NCBI RefSeq assembly: GCF_009914755.1
Contig: NC_060947.1
Direction: 5' to 3' (one strand)
DNA from: the human T2T-CHM13v2.0 reference genome, Homo sapiens
DNA: 64,000 bases
Below, one piece after another: positions 1-16,907 of this stretch. Below the pieces are notes generated by a model. It was not told where the DNA came from and searched no databases. It worked only from the letters and a program-made list of their open reading frames with translations. How positions within the stretch are numbered: the stretch's first letter is position 1; every line of letters begins with the position of its first letter. The translations under genes were made by a program, and so were the position numbers.

Positions 1-29
1 TAAATAGCAACCCTGAATCAACCTTGAAC

Positions 30-620
30 TCCCTATCCTCCTTCTCTGCTTAATGTTTTTCATAGCACTTGTCACCATTTGATATTTTACATATTTAAAT
101 TATAGATGCCCCCTGACTTACAATGGTTTCACTTAGGATTTTTTGTCTTTACAATGGTGCAAAACTGTCAAGCATTCAGTAGGAACTATACTTCACATAC
201 CCATACAACCACTTTCTTTTCAATTTTAGTACAGTATTCAATAAATTACATGAAATATTCAACATTCTATTACAAAATAGGCTGTGTGTTGAATGATTTT
301 GCCCAAGTATATAGGCTAATGTAAGGGTTCTGAACAGGATGAAGGCAGGCCAGGCTAAACTATACATTTTGTATGTTATGTGTATTAAATGTATGTTCAC
401 TTACAATATTTTCAATTAATGGTGAGTTTGTAAAGATGCCATCTCACTGTGAGTTGAGGAGTATCTGTATAACTTTACTGATGCTTTTCCCCACTAGAAT
501 ATAAACTACAGAAGGTCAGGTATTTTTGTCTCTTTTGTTCATTGGTGGATTCAATCACCTAAAAAGTGTCTGGCACATAGGGTTTACTGAGTATTTGTTG
601 AAGGAGTGAGTGAGTGACTG
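30..620 (+). mobile_element. L2 LINE 3' end, split by MER47A
   Basis: Degenerate L2 tail: ctagaatataaactac...gtctggcacatagg...tatttgttgaaggagtgagtgagtga. Confidence 0.7.
103..468 (-). mobile_element. MER47A (TcMar-Tigger non-autonomous DNA transposon)
   Basis: Terminal inverted repeats tagatgccccctgacttacaatgg / ctgtgagttgaggagtatctg, TA flanks, internal MER47-like sequence. Confidence 0.8.
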
Positions 621-639
621 GACGATATTGGAACAGAGA

Positions 640-2280
<1,641 letters not shown>

Positions 2281-2339
2281 ATACCCTTGTTTGATAAAAA
2301 CGTCTCAAAAACAAGGATTTCTGTTCAGCAAAATATATA

Positions 2340-3030
2340 CACAAAGTTATCATATATTGACAGATTGGGAGACAGTATCTTCAATGCCAAACTCTCATAA
2401 GGGACTCAAATATAGACTACACAAGATACTCCTCAAGTTAACAGTAAAAACAAAATGAGAAAAACTAATACAAAAATAGGGAAAATACAAAAAATGAAGT
2501 AACAGAAATGAAAAACTAAATATATTATACGAGTAATTAAAGAAAAGCAAATGAAAATGAGCTAACACTTCTGTACTATTGTCAAAATTTTAAAATCTGA
2601 TAATACCTGATATTGGTGGGTGCCATATACCCATATGTACATGGAAGTACAGCAATTTGGAGAGCAATCTGGGAGTACTTCACTAAGTATACACATACTT
2701 TATGACCTGGTAATTTCCACTCCTGGAATACTACTTCAAAGAAACTCAGAAGCAGAACCATAGGAGGATATGTATAAGGTTATTCATCACAGAGTTGTTT
2801 GTGGTACTGGAATCTGGAGGAAACCAAAATGTTCATTATCTAGGAAGCAGATAAACAAAATATGGACATGTACTATGGAATTTTCTGCAGCAGTAGAATC
2901 AATAAAATAGATGTCCTCTAGCCACTTGGGTAGATCTTTGAACCATTACGCTGAGTGAAAACCATGGTATCTGTAGCAAAATACCATTTATATAAATTTT
3001 TAATGCACAAAAATCATGTATTCTTGTGAA
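2340..3030 (+). mobile_element. Ancient L1ME 3' fragment
   Basis: Motifs tatgacctggtaatttccactcctggaata, gtataaggttattcatcacag, atactatggaat-like. Confidence 0.6.
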
Positions 3031-4968
3031 AGACACAAGATTTTTTTAAAAACCACAATGAATTATCTCATGTTCTTTCTCTTTCTCAGTAATTCTTATT
3101 CTTGTGAGTTTTGATTTCAGGAAAAAATTGCTTGCTTTAAACCAAACGATAACTTACCTATGAAATCCACCTCTTCACAAGAAACGGACTAGTCAATAAC
3201 ATTGTCTGTATTATTAAAGGATGGTGTATAAGCTCCTCTACAGTTGGTACATGGTGTAGGAACAAGGGAGAAAAAACAGGTTGATGCAGGTTTACATTAG
3301 AGATCACTGTCCTCAGAAGAGTAAAAGAACAGACTGACTTAGTCAAAACAAAACGATGTGAAGAATCTTCTTGGAAGTTTCAAAGAAACAGTTCATAAAA
3401 CTTATGATGAAGCAGGTCAATGCAAATTATGCATTGTGTTTTACACGATGTATTTTCAAGTGAAACCCTCCCAATGAATTCTATGAGACAGCAAAGGCAG
3501 GAGTGCACACCTGTGTGGCTCTTTTTGGATTTAGTAAGGCTGAAATCATCAGATGCTCTCCATGAAAGTGATTTGTTAACTTCACTAATTGGCCAATATA
3601 TTAATAATAATTGTATTGTAAAGTCAAAGCTACATTGCACCTTATCTAACAGTTTTGCAAATTACTTTCACCTGTATTATTTATGAAATCTTTAAAAAAA
3701 CACACACACAAACTTCTAGGTTAGGCAGCTATTATCAGCCCCAGTTTATAGAATTAAAAACTGTATCCCAGAAAAGTTAGAATTTATCTAGTAAATTACA
3801 AAAACATCAATTTTCTGACTGGACAGGGAGAAATCTTGGAGGTATTCAATGAGACAGCAGGTATTTGTTCAGTTGTACAAACATTTTTAAGGCAAAAGGA
3901 AGTAGCCGAAATTGAATACATATGGAAAACTGAGCAAAGCATCCCCCAAATGCTCAATTCTAACTTTACTACAACATATTAGAGAATTCAGTAGACTGTG
4001 TTGAGTACTTAGAAACTCAGTGAAGTTACCAACTAGTAAAGATAATTGGCAATACATTATCTCCTGTTTTAATATTACCATCACATATCCTGAGTAGGTT
4101 CTAAAATATTAAATTAAGAATGATGCTACTCTTCAAGAAGATATGCAAAAATGAAAAAAAAAGTTCTCTTTTGTGTGTAAAATTTCCACTTGGTTCATGT
4201 TTTATTCATTAAAATTAGCTAACTATGGCACTCATATATTCTAAAAATATAATTCTAGAAAGCCCTGACAAAGAAATGCTGCCCATACTCAGTAAGTGAC
4301 TATTTATCATAGATGAAGAGACAGTGCTTATATTTTCTTTAGTAATTCTAGTATAATTAGCTACTCAAAGGGGTTATATGTTTTTCAGAACCATTCCAAT
4401 GTGTAATTCAAATGTCCTTGTTTTAAAGTTTTTTCCTCACAAATATTTTGAAATATTTATTTAATGGTCTAAATTTACAAATAAATTAACAATTTTTTTT
4501 CAAGTTTAGTGACACGCAAGTCTAAGTAGATACATACTTTCTTAGAGGATGCCACAACAAAAGATGTTTCTTTTAACTGGAACACATTTCTATGCTGTGT
4601 TATAATTGATACATAAACTGAATAACTCCAAAAACACTGTGCAACAAGTGTCTATTTTTATTTATTTATATTTAATTTTACTTAGCAAAAAGTAGCCTGT
4701 CTTTTGATGTCACAGTATTGCTATGATAGTCAGTGAGAAGATCTATTTCTGTTCCACTACATGTAGGTTGTTTAACTTCTGAGTAAGAGTGACTTGATTC
4801 TTGAAATGTATTCTAGATTCATTTGAATTTCATTAATTTACAATTCCAAGGGTGTTGTCATTTTAATTATTTGGTTATAGTATAAATTAGAAGGAAGACT
4901 ACACAGTGCTCATAGCTAGGGAATTGCATTCAGTGATATTTTTCCAATGCTAGTTGATGGTGTCTTTA

Positions 4969-5328
<360 letters not shown>

Positions 5329-7739
5329 TTACTTGGGCAGAGGGGGAGGACAACACATAGCCTCTAAATTCACCACGAATAGTTTTCTCTATTTGTCCTC
5401 ATGATAAAGCCCTGAAGAATAAAGGACCATGTAGCCTAATTGTCATTTCTTGACATATTAAAACTTGGGAAGTTTGGATTTCATTCAAGCTATAACTTTT
5501 ACAATGTCAGTCCGAATGTTTATTACATAATTTTAAATATGCTTTGTCTAAGATATTCCTCTTTGGAGGAGATGCCTAGATTCTACATAAAATATTCATG
5601 ATTATAGTGCATGCCAAAAAGAAAGTAGGGTCCAAGTGACAACAAAGGAGATGGAAAAAATTCAAATTATCGAATGAGAATGGGCTACCTCTGGGGCTGC
5701 ATGAGTCGAAGGGATGTCATTCACACAGATTATCATGTCTCAACAGATTGTTGGGACCAGCTGAATTGCATTCACAAAACCAGCCCAAATTTCTTATCTT
5801 CTCATCCCTACCCACTTGCTCCAGGAGAACCTCAGGCTCTGGTTCAAAGTCAAGCATTTCTGGGAATTCCCAGAGAATGTCTCTCATTTTCTCATGAACA
5901 AGACCGGGCAGCTATGTACAGCACCATCACTTGCTCTTACTATTGCCATGCTCACTGAGCATTGCTGCCACTGACACTCCCTACACTTTCTTTTTTTTTT
6001 TTTTTTTTTTTTTACACCAGGGCTCTCAGTCTTGTGGCAGGCACTAGACTCCCAAAAATGGTCCCACCGTCTCCTGCTGGTCTCTCCCACTGGTGACCAG
6101 AAGCCCTTAAATGATCAAAATTGTCTGGGGAAAATGGAAGAGAATATTCAACTTCCCTTTATATTACATTGTGTTACAGAGGACACAGATCTGATTATTG
6201 GAACCAACTTTTGCATTTATATCTATAGGCCTCTCTTTATTTAGGACTCTGACATCAAGCCAAAGGGGATTGGACCCCAAAAAATACTGATTAACAGCTA
6301 CCAAATTCTCCTTAAAACTATCCCTCTCTTGCAACAACTAAGGCTAAGTAGATCAAGCTTGTTATAACTGTTTCCTCTTCTACTTCCATGTGTTTTCACT
6401 CGGAAGGTCCCTCAGCTACCCATGAAAACAGTCTTCTACTAGGCCATTGTACAGTATTTCATACATGTTTAGATAATTAATTCAATTATGGACAATGCTT
6501 TAGTCTACACAGGCTGGGAATCCAATAACAAGTTTATATCATACTTTAGAGGTTGCAAAATGTTTTCACACATTCTATCATTTAATCCTCACAACACCCT
6601 GCGAAGTAGATCAGGTTTTGCTATGAAGGAAATCAAAATTCAGAATGAAAGAGCTACTTGTTCAAAGTCATGTGTACAGCTTGATAACATTAGGTAACAA
6701 TAATCATTCCTCTACGAGACTCAGTCTTTTGTTGATTCCGTCTTGTTAGGCGGGCTTATTTCATTTCATTTGAGAAACTGTCTGCTGAGTTAAGGCACCA
6801 AAGAGGCACTCGAATAATGTGCTCTTTAGATTATATCTACATACTTGTTATGTTATCTACATGGAAAAGTCCTAGGAGCAGTAATGATCATATCACCTGA
6901 TGAGACAGATTATGCTTCAGGCAGCTAACCACTCAGGTTTAGCAGGTCAACTTCACACATGGTAATTTTAATAGACGGTTGGGGAGGAAAATGATTTTTA
7001 CAAATATTTGAATAGAAAAAAAGGGGGGAAAGCAGACAAAAAAAGGACTAGATTATTCTGAGAAGCTTGAGCTATTTATTTCAAGAAGCTTAGACTATTT
7101 GAAGAAAGGACATAGATGAATGTGCATAGAGGGCAAGAAGTCTTTCCTGCTTAGAAGAGGAAATGTTTGACCATGTTTGTTGACACAAGCAGCAGCTAGT
7201 GGAAAGAAACTGAAGATCCAAAAGATAAAAAAGCGTACAGTACTTAATGGAGCAAAGGCCCAAACAAGGCAGAAGAGAATGGATCAAATGCACATTGTCG
7301 TGGGGTCAGCCTGGGAGTAAAGGTATCACAGAAGAGAAAAAAAAAATGCAAAAAAACCCAACTCTAATAGTTGATAGAGTATCAATGGTCTACCAAACCT
7401 CAGTTTTTACTTTAATAATTCAATGAATATTTATAAATAAAATGTATTTTTTACATTTTCTTGAGCATCATTATGGAAATATGCAAATAGCTGCAAGTGT
7501 GGATTTGGAGTCCAAAGTCCAAATATTTTCATCTTTAAAGTTTTTTCTTGTAAAATATACACAAGTAGAAAAGTGGGTAAAACATAAATCTATAGCTCAA
7601 TGAATCATCACAACTTGACTCCTGCAAAATAAATATTTAGGTTAAAAAGATATATTATTGCCTACTAGCACCTCAGAATTCCCTTTATACCCCTTCTCAG
7701 TCACCTATTCTTTAATACATCTTTTTTAATGAATTACTC

Positions 7740-7985
7740 TTGCCCAACGAAATTTTTGTGTCCTTTTCCCAACATCTCCCCAAACCTCCCCTAACCCCCA
7801 GTCTCTCTGGTAACCACCATTATACTCTGTTTTATACTTTCATTTTTTTTTTTTAGATTTCACATATATTAGTGAGGTCATGTGGCATTTGTTTTTCTCT
7901 GTCTTATTTATTTCACTTAGCATAATATCCTCCAAGTTCACTTATGTTGTAACAAATAGAAGGATTTTTTAAGACTGAATACTCT

Positions 7986-8037
<52 letters not shown>

Positions 8038-8490
8038 CATAATATCTTCATCCATTCATCCACTGATGGGCACTTTTGTTGTTTTCATATTTTGGCTACT
8101 GTGAATAATGCTGCAGGGAAGATTTGAGGCTAGATATCTCTATGAAGTGCTGATTTCATTTTTGAGGGTATATACACAGCAAAGGATCATATGAAAATTA
8201 TATTTATATTTTTTGAGGAATCTCTATACTCTCTTCTATAACGGCTGCACCAAACTATATTCCCACCGACAGTGTACAGAGTAATATTTTCTCCACACCC
8301 TTGCCAATATTTATCTCTTGTCTTTTTGATAATAGCCACCCTAAACATGTGTGAGGTGATCTCATTGTGGTTCTGAATTTCATTTCCCCAATAATTACTG
8401 ATATTGAACACATTTTCATATACCTGTTGGTCATTTTTCTGTTTTCTTTGGAAAAATGTTGATTCACGACCTTTGCTCATTTTTTAAATT
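7740..8490 (-). mobile_element. L1MA/L1MB 3' fragment
   Basis: ctctggtaaccaccatt...tttcacttagcataatatcctccaagttca; minus ORFs 8187-8480 resemble the L1 ORF2 C-terminus (IKKTRDKYWQGCGE). Confidence 0.85.
7989..8035. repeat. (TG)n microsatellite
   Basis: About 23 perfect TG units. Confidence 0.98.
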
Positions 8491-8563
8491 TCTCTCTTTT
8501 ATCCCCAATTTGCACTCCTATTTTTCTCTCACCAAAAGTAATCATCATAATGAGCTTAACACG

Positions 8564-8922
8564 TGATATGGTTTGGCTGTGTCTCCACCCAAATCTCCAT
8601 CTTGAATTATAGCTCCCATAATTCCCATGTGTTGTGTGAGGGACCTGGTGGGAGATAAATGAATCATGGGGGCAGTTTCCATACTGTTCTTGTGGTAGTA
8701 AGTAAGTCTCATAAGATCTGATGGTTTTATAAAGGGTTTCCTCTTTCACCTGGCTCTCATTCTCTTACCTGCCACCATGTAAGACGTACCTTTCACCTTC
8801 TGCCATGATTGTGAGGACTCCCCAAGCCACGTGGAACTATGAACCCATTAAACCTCTTTTTCTCGATAAATTACCCAGTCTTGGGTATGTCTTTATCAGT
8901 AGCATGAAAACGGACTAATACA
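8564..8922 (+). mobile_element. THE1B/C solo LTR (ERVL-MaLR)
   Basis: tgatatggtttggctgtgt...aaaacggactaataca; 5-bp TSD ACACG/ACATG (one CpG transition). Confidence 0.93.
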
Positions 8923-8959
8923 ACATGCATCTAATTTTTCATATGTGTTCTTATACACT

Positions 8960-10030
8960 GTTTATTTTTTGTATATGCATATTTTTAATTCATGTTAATG
9001 ATGCTGGGTTAGAGAGCCCATTCTGTTTCTCACTTTTCTTATTCAATATTTTCCTATATGTGAAATTAGTTCATTATATATAACTGCCACACTCACCGTA
9101 TTTTACCTAATCTCTCTTAGTAACAGACAATGGGATTGCATCCAATTCTTTCCTACAGCAAATAATAAAATAAAACAGCAATAAAAATATTTGTATATGT
9201 CCCTGTATGGATCTGTGTGTAATTCTTCTTGGGATATTCAGCTAAACTACCATCCAAGGATAAGAGTATCTCTATTGTATTTTGACTAATTGCTACCCAT
9301 TTGCTTTCTAAGAAAGTCTACACCTGCCTACATATTCATCAGCAGAGCACTGAGGGTTCCCTTTTCCCCACAACCTCACAGATACTTGACAAAATCAAGC
9401 TCTAGAAATTTTGTTAGTCTATCAGATAAAACATATCTCATTTTTTAAATCTGTATTTCTTCGATTACCGATTAGATCATATCTTCACCAACTCTTTAGC
9501 CTTTTGGGTTTCCACTTCAAAATGGCATTTTGTATTATTTGCAAATTTCTCAATCGAGGTTATTGGCTTTTGTCTTGTTGACTTGAAAGAGTTCCTTGAA
9601 TAATCTATATATTGATCTTTGTTTTAGACATTGCAAGTATCCTCTCTCATTCTGTCACTCTTCTATTAATATTGTCCATGGTATATTACATTAAGGGGAA
9701 ATCTTAATTTTTGTACAAATAAATTCATCATGTGTTTTACTTGCATTTGGTGCTTTTGGAGTTTTGTTTAGGAACTTGTTCTCCAAACCCAGATAATAAA
9801 AATAATTTTCCATATATTCTTCTACTAACTTTATAGTGTTACATTCATTTCATATTCAGGGAATAAATTCATGTGGAATTCTAGTTTATATATGGTGATG
9901 AATAGGAAACCAGCTTATTCTTCATATAAGGAGCTAATTTTCCCACTGTAGTTTTCTAAACAATCCTCCTTTACCTGTGATTCATGATTCTCACTTCATT
10001 ATGTATTAAGCTCCTGTATAAGTGGTATTT
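8960..10030 (-). mobile_element. Ancient L1ME fragment
   Basis: T-rich degenerate antisense L1 ORF2/3' UTR motifs. Confidence 0.6.
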
Positions 10031-11169
10031 CTATTGCATCAGATTCACTTTGAAAGCATAACAGTTTTATTGTTAAAATTGAGAATATACTATGAATTAC
10101 AATTCGCCAATGTGTAAACTCATAATGATAAATTTAAGCTATCAAAACACATAAGAGGATATATCATATTTCAAAGTTTTGTAGTGGATATGAGAGGAAA
10201 AGAAATAGTTTGTCATCCATGGTTCAAACACATGCTTCTCTTCCCTTCCATGGTTTCACCAAAGTGCATTTTGTGGGAGTGAGCCAATAGCCTTTGCTAG
10301 TGCCTCATCTTCTAAGGTTTCCTAGATTTTATAAGTGCATTTTCACTCTCCTGGTAGCTAATTTCCAAGCAAACTGAGTGCAAAGTTATTAGCAGTATGT
10401 TTCAGTAGGCCTCACTAACAAACTAACACATGAAAGGATGTTAGAAAGAAAAAAAATAGAAAGAGAGTCACATGCTTCTACATATTCAGTGCCTGGAAGA
10501 GAAAGATTGCTGCATGGATCTTTTGTGCCCTAATCCACATTTTAAGAATCTTCACAAGGGGAACTACACAAAAGCATTTTACTGCCATTGTTTACATCTT
10601 TCTCTCATGGTTTCTGTGAAGGAGAACATTTTAAAGTGTGCATGAAGAATAATTTTATGTGATAATATCAATGATTTTTTATAACTTTAGGCTATACTTA
10701 TACAAGTCACTAATAATTACTTCTCTCATTTACTATGGTTTCAATTGAAAATATAACAGGTGTTTGAAGAATATGTCCTGAATAAAAATCAAGTTTCAAA
10801 TAAAAGATATTTGCTCATTAGTCTGGAGGAGGCATGAACAAGTTTTCATTTCTTATACTAAGTGAAAGCCACTGGGAACAGTTCCCCAGATTATTATGTT
10901 GAGAAATATTCTGAGTTGGCAGGTAGGTTCAGCAAGAAATAATATAATTTGTAATTAGTAATAACTGTAATAGGCAAAAGAGAGAAGGATGGAAAGAAAA
11001 TGCCACACATAAGGCTAAATGCTAGAAACCTAGTAGCCTCATATACTTTCATTTTTCCCCATGACTCAAGTCCTTCTTTCCTATGGAATTCTTAATTCCT
11101 TAATTCTTTCCTATAGAATTAAAGAGATTATCTTAACTATCTCTGTATATCTAATCTCTACTGCACAAA

Positions 11170-14100
11170 TTTTTTTAACTTGTATTTTAAGTTCCAGGTT
11201 CCATGTACAGGTTTGTTATATAGGTAAACTCATGTCATGGGACTTTGTTGTACAGATTATTTTGTCACCCAGTATTAAGCCTAGTACCCATTAGTTACTT
11301 TTTCTGATCCTCTCCCTCCTTACACCCTTCACAGGCAAGTAGGCCCCAGTTGCTTTTCTCTTTGTATTCATGTGTTCTCATGACTTAGCTCCTACTTATA
11401 AGTAAGAAGATGGGTTATTTAGTTTTCTGTTCCTGTGTAGTGTGCTAAGGATAATGGCCTCCAGCTCCATTTATGTTCCTGCAAAAAAAACCCACATGAT
11501 TTTGTTCTTTTTTATGACTGCATAGCATTCCATGGTATATGTGCCACATTTTCTTTACTGAGTCTACGATTGATGAGCATTTAGGTTGATTCCATGTCTT
11601 TTCTATTGTGGAGAGTGCTGCAATGAACATTCACATGCATATGTCTTTATGATGAAATGATTTTATATTCCTCTAGATATAAAATCAGTAATGAGAGGGC
11701 TGGGTTGAATGGTACTTCCGTTTTTATGTCTTTGCAGAATCACCACACTGATTTCCACAATGGTTGAACTAATTTTCACTTCCACCAACAGTGTATAAGG
11801 ATTGTTTTTCACCACCACCTCTCCAGCACCTATTTTTTGGCTGTTACTCTGACTGGTGTGAGATAGTATCTCATTGTGATTTTGATATACATCTCTCTAA
11901 TGATCAGTGCTATTGAGCTATCTTTTTATGCTGGTTGGTTGCTTGTGTGTTTTCTTTTGAAAAGTGTTCATGTCCTTTGCTCACTTTTTAATGGTATTGT
12001 TTTTGTTCTCGTATATTTAAGTTCCTTATAGATCCTGGATATTCAATCTTTGTCAGATGTACAGTTATGAAGATTTTCTCCCATTCTGTAGGTTGCCTGT
12101 TCATTCTGTGGATAGTTTGTTTTGCTATGCAGAAGCTCTTTAGTTTAATTAGATATAATTTGTCAATTTTTGCTTTTGTCGAAATTGCTTTTAGCATCTT
12201 TGTCATGAAGTCTTTGACTGTTTCTATGTCTAGGATTGTATTTCCTAGGTTGTCTTCCAGGGTTTCTATAGTTTTGGGTTTTACATTTAAGTCTTTGATC
12301 CATCTTGAGTTGATTTTTGTACATGGTATAGAGAAAGGGTTCAGATTCAATCTTCTGCCTATGATTAGCCAGTATTCCAACATTATTTATTGAATATTCC
12401 CCATTGCTTGTTTTTGTCAGCTTTGTCAAAGGTCAGATGGCTGTGGGTGTGTGGTCTTATTTCTGGGCTCTTTGTTCTATTCCTTTGGTCTATGTGTTTG
12501 TTTTTGTACCAGTACCGTGCTGTCTTAGTTACTATAGCCCTGTACTATAGTTTGAAGTTGGGTAGCTTGATGCCTCCAGCTTTGTTCTTTTTGCTTAGGA
12601 TTGCCTTGGCTATTTGGGCTTTTTTTTTGTTGTTGTTCCATGTGAATTTTAAAAAAGTGTTTCCTAGTTCTATGAAAAATGTCATTGGTAGTTTGATAGG
12701 AATAGCATTGAATGTATAAACTGTTTGGGGCAGTATGTCTGTTTTAACAATATTGATTCTTCCTATCCATGAGCATGGAATGATTTTTCCATTTGTTTCT
12801 GTCATTTCTGATTTCTCTGAGCAGTGTCTTGTAGTTCTCCTAATAGAGATCATTCACCCACTTAGTTTGTTGTATTTCTAGGTGTTTTATTCTTGTTGTG
12901 GCAATTGTGACTGGGATTGCATTCTTCATTTGGCTCTCAGCTTGGCTGTCACTGGGTTGGTGTATACAACTGCTCGTCATTTTTGTAAACTGACTTTGTA
13001 TGCTGAGGCTTCACTGAAATTGTTTATCAGCTTAAGGAGCTTTAGGGCCAAAACTATGAAGTTTTCTAGATAAAGAATTATGTCATCTGCAGACAGGGAT
13101 AGTTTCACTTCCTCTCTTCCTATTGCGACGCCCTTTATTTATTTCTCTTGCCCGATTGCTGTGGCCAGGGCTTCCAATACTATATTGAATAGGAGTATTG
13201 AGAGAGGGCATTCTGGTCTTGCACCAGCTTTCAAAGGGAATGCGTCTAGCTTTTACCCATTTAGTATGATGTTGGCTCTGGGTTTGTCATTGATGGCTCT
13301 TATTATTTTGAGGTTAGTTTCTTCAATGCCTACTTTGTTTAGAGTTTTAAACATGAAGGGATGTTGAATTTTATTGAGAGTTTTTTCTGCATCTATTGAG
13401 ATAATCATGTGTTTTTATGTCTTTAATTATGTTTATGTGACGAGTCACATTTACTGATTTGTGTATCAATAAATGATACACTGATTTGTGTATCAATAAA
13501 TGATATTTGTGATCCTGATGGATAAGCTTTTTGATGTGCTAATAGATTCACTTTGTCAGTATTTTGTTAACGATTTTTGCATTAATATTTATCAAGGATA
13601 TTAGCCTAAAATTTACTTGTTTCAGTGTGTCTCTGCCAGGTTTTGGTATCAGAAAGATGTTGGCCTCATTGAATGTTTGGAAAGAATCCCTCCACCTCAA
13701 TTTTTTGCAATAGTTTCAGTAGGAATGATATCAGCTCTTCTTTGTACATCTGGTAGAATTTTTCTGTGAATCTGCCAGGTCTTGGCTTTTTTTGTTTTGT
13801 AGCTTATTTATTACTGATTCAATTTTGGAGCTTGTTATTTGTCTGTTCAGAGATTCAATTTCCTCCTTGTTCAGTTTTGGGAGGGTGTATGTATCAAAAA
13901 ATTATCTATTTCTTCTAGATTTTCTAAACTGTGTGCATAGAGGTGCTCATAATATTATCTGATAATTGTGTGTATTTTAACAAGGTTAGTGGTAATTTCC
14001 CCCTTGTCATTTCTGATACTGTTTATTTAGATCTTCTTTCTTTCCTTCTTTATTAGTTTAGGTAGCATTCTATTTTATTATGTTTTTCAAAAAACTAAGT

Positions 14101-14590
14101 CCTGGATTTGTTGATCTTTTGAATCATTTTTCGTGTCTCTATCTCCTTCCATTCGGCTCTGATTTTGATTATTTCTTGTCTTCTGCTAACTCTGGAGTTG
14201 GTTTGCTCTTGGTTCTCTAGTTCTTGCAGCTGTGATGTTAGGTTGTTAAAGAGAGATATTTCTAACTTTTTGATATGGGCATTTAGTGCTATAAACTTTC
14301 CTCTTAACACTGCCTTAGCTATGTCCCAGAGATTCTGGTATGTTGTATCTTTGTTCTCCTTAATTTCAAAGAACTTCTTGATTCCTGCCTTAATTTAACT
14401 ATTTATTCAAAAGTCATTTAGGAGCAGGTTATTTAATTTCCCTGTAATTTTATAGTTTTGAGCGAATTTCTTAGTGTTGATTTCTAATTGCTTTCACTAT
14501 GGTCCTAGAGAGTGGTAGTTATGATTTCAGTTATTCTACATTTACTGAAGAGTATTCTATGTCTGATTATGTGGTCAATTTTAGACCATA
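11170..14590 (-). mobile_element. 5'-truncated L1PA13-16-group LINE-1, decayed ORF2
   Basis: L1 3' UTR at 11170; minus ORFs match ORF2 ([44 protein letters not shown]); possible eroded TSD tctactgcacaaattt / tctacttaacaacttt. Confidence 0.93.
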
Positions 14591-16668
14591 TCTACTTAAC
14601 AACTTTGGATGACTGTCTTGGAGAATATTGATCACCAAATTAGAAAACTTATTTGAGTATTAAATGCATTGCACTCTATTTGGGGCATTTTCTATAGCTT
14701 ATATGGATGATAGTAGAAAACATATTTTTATTGGTTCACTTCTGCTTATGTACTTTCTGACCATGAAGTCACATGATGTTTGATGTGTGAAGCATTTGGT
14801 CATAGCTCCTTGTTATTATAGTATCCAATATTGCATCCATAAACCAAAAGTCAGGGGTTGAATATATGTATTGAGGAGTATTTCTTATTCCAAAAGAATG
14901 TAACTCCTTGAGAATTGTATACAACCAGGACTTCAAATCCTGTGTAAATATTGTTAAATAGATTATTTTTCATTCATCCTAACCAATTGAAAATTCTCCA
15001 TAAACACCAGAGATATTCTACAAGACCTCTTCCAAAGGCATTGAGTTTTTATACAATAAAGTCTTCACTAGGACGTATTCACTCTAGAAGACATCAGATT
15101 CTGGAATGATATCTGATCTGATTCCAGCCCCTTTACCAATATACTAGTGCTCCTTAGTAAACCAGATAGAAAAATAATGAGAATAAAATTCAAAAAACTG
15201 GGGTTTGCTTACAGAAATGTCTTTATAAGTTCCCCGAAGTCTAATTCAAAACTTCTGATCTACTTCATCTTACTCTGTTTTACCTTTCCAATCTCCACAT
15301 TTTATTCTAAACCAAAAATAACCCCAACCGTTAGAAGATATATTTATACATTAAAGAAGGAATAGAAAAATGTCTAGTAATAAAGACTTTAAAAGTGACT
15401 TTAAAGCACAGAATAAAAGAAAAAACCTCAGGCAAATCTTGTCCAATATAAGCTATTGTATATATTATGTAGCTGAATATCACTTGAGGGCATTTATTGT
15501 TTTTAGCAGAGAAGAAGACACATAAAATGGGCTCCCCAAAAGCCACTGGATGAGTAAAAACAACTGTACATTTACATTCATATGCTTTTTTCATTAAATA
15601 AACCCACATGTTACACATAAGTGTATCTAAGGAGAGGAAGAATGGGTTATAATATCGGTGTTACCTTTGCAGTATCTGTTTCTCTATCTGTAAAATGAAA
15701 GCATTGCATAGTATAATTTCTAAAAGCCCACACAATCTCTCTGGTTCTCCATCTTTTGCTGACATTTATGCTGTATATCAAAATATACATTTCCAGTTAT
15801 GCTTAAAGTTTCGAAAAAGCAAACTGCACTTTAACTGATTCAAATAAAAAGGGTCCTTGAAATGTAAACATTAGCTGCCATGACATTTCCCAGCACTATT
15901 AGAGTTAGGTTATAGGATCTGTACGAAAAATCATAGGACACTAATGATTACTATGCTGGAGTGAAGAGCTATGTGAGATTTTGTACGGTGTAAACTGTTA
16001 TTTGATTTTTAAAAGCACTGTGGAAATCAACCTGAAACTTTGGACAGATATCCTTGGATCTATGTGCTTAATATTAATTTTCATTCCTAAGCAGCTTGCT
16101 ACAATGCTGTAGAGCAGTGGCCACTGAAAAGGACCAACATCATGTGCCACAGTCTTTAGAAATTAAAAATATTCCTTGCCTAATACCATTGGATACATGT
16201 GAATCAAGAAAACAAAAAGTGTGGATGGATAAGTTGCCTATAAATAATGTCTTAAGCAAAACAAATATCTTATAGGCTATTATACCAAAAGTAGTAATTA
16301 TTTTATTTCCCTTTAGCCAGTCTTCTTTGTCCATAAGAATTATAAAACATCTCCCAAATATGCTAGTCCCCTAGCTCTCACTAAATTCCAAATCACTCTC
16401 TAGATTTCACAAACAAAGCAATCTGCTAATATGGACTGTTTGAGTATTTCAGTAAAGTTAATATGGCACCCAGAGGCCCATGACAACACACAGTTTATCA
16501 AGAGTTATTCATCAATGAACATATATGTTGAATACATAAATCTTAATAATCATTTGGAAATGCCATCAGGCCCAGTGGGTGAGTTAGATTAGTTTCAAAG
16601 GTTCAGGGCCAAGACAGGCTAAAAGGAGTGTAAGCCTTAGTATGCGTATGCTATAAGACAAGAAAGAC

Positions 16669-16907
16669 CAGGGGTGGAGGGAGGGGCATGATCCACTCAC
16701 TCAAATGCAAAATTAAGGTGGATGGGTGGTACCACAATAATCAATTATCAAGATAAAAACTATTTTAATACATTAAAAAAAATAAATTCCAAACATGCTG
16801 ACCAAAACATAAAACTTGTAAATACAGACATGGCTTAACCCTACGCCATCTTAAATATTGCACCCCAGGTGAGTACTTAACTTTCCTTACCCAGGTTCTA
16901 ACCCTAA
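16669..16907 (+). mobile_element. MER96B-like hAT-Tip100 DNA transposon
   Basis: cagggg...gcaaaattaagg...tcaagataaaaactattttaat...ttgcaccccaggtgagtac...aaccct. Confidence 0.6.

Noticed and set aside
3121-3415. Protein-looking frame after a tttcag acceptor (...NDVKNLLGSFKETVHKTYDEA)
   Set aside because: Five stops in 98 codons is about the random rate for AT-rich DNA, and the donor is weak.
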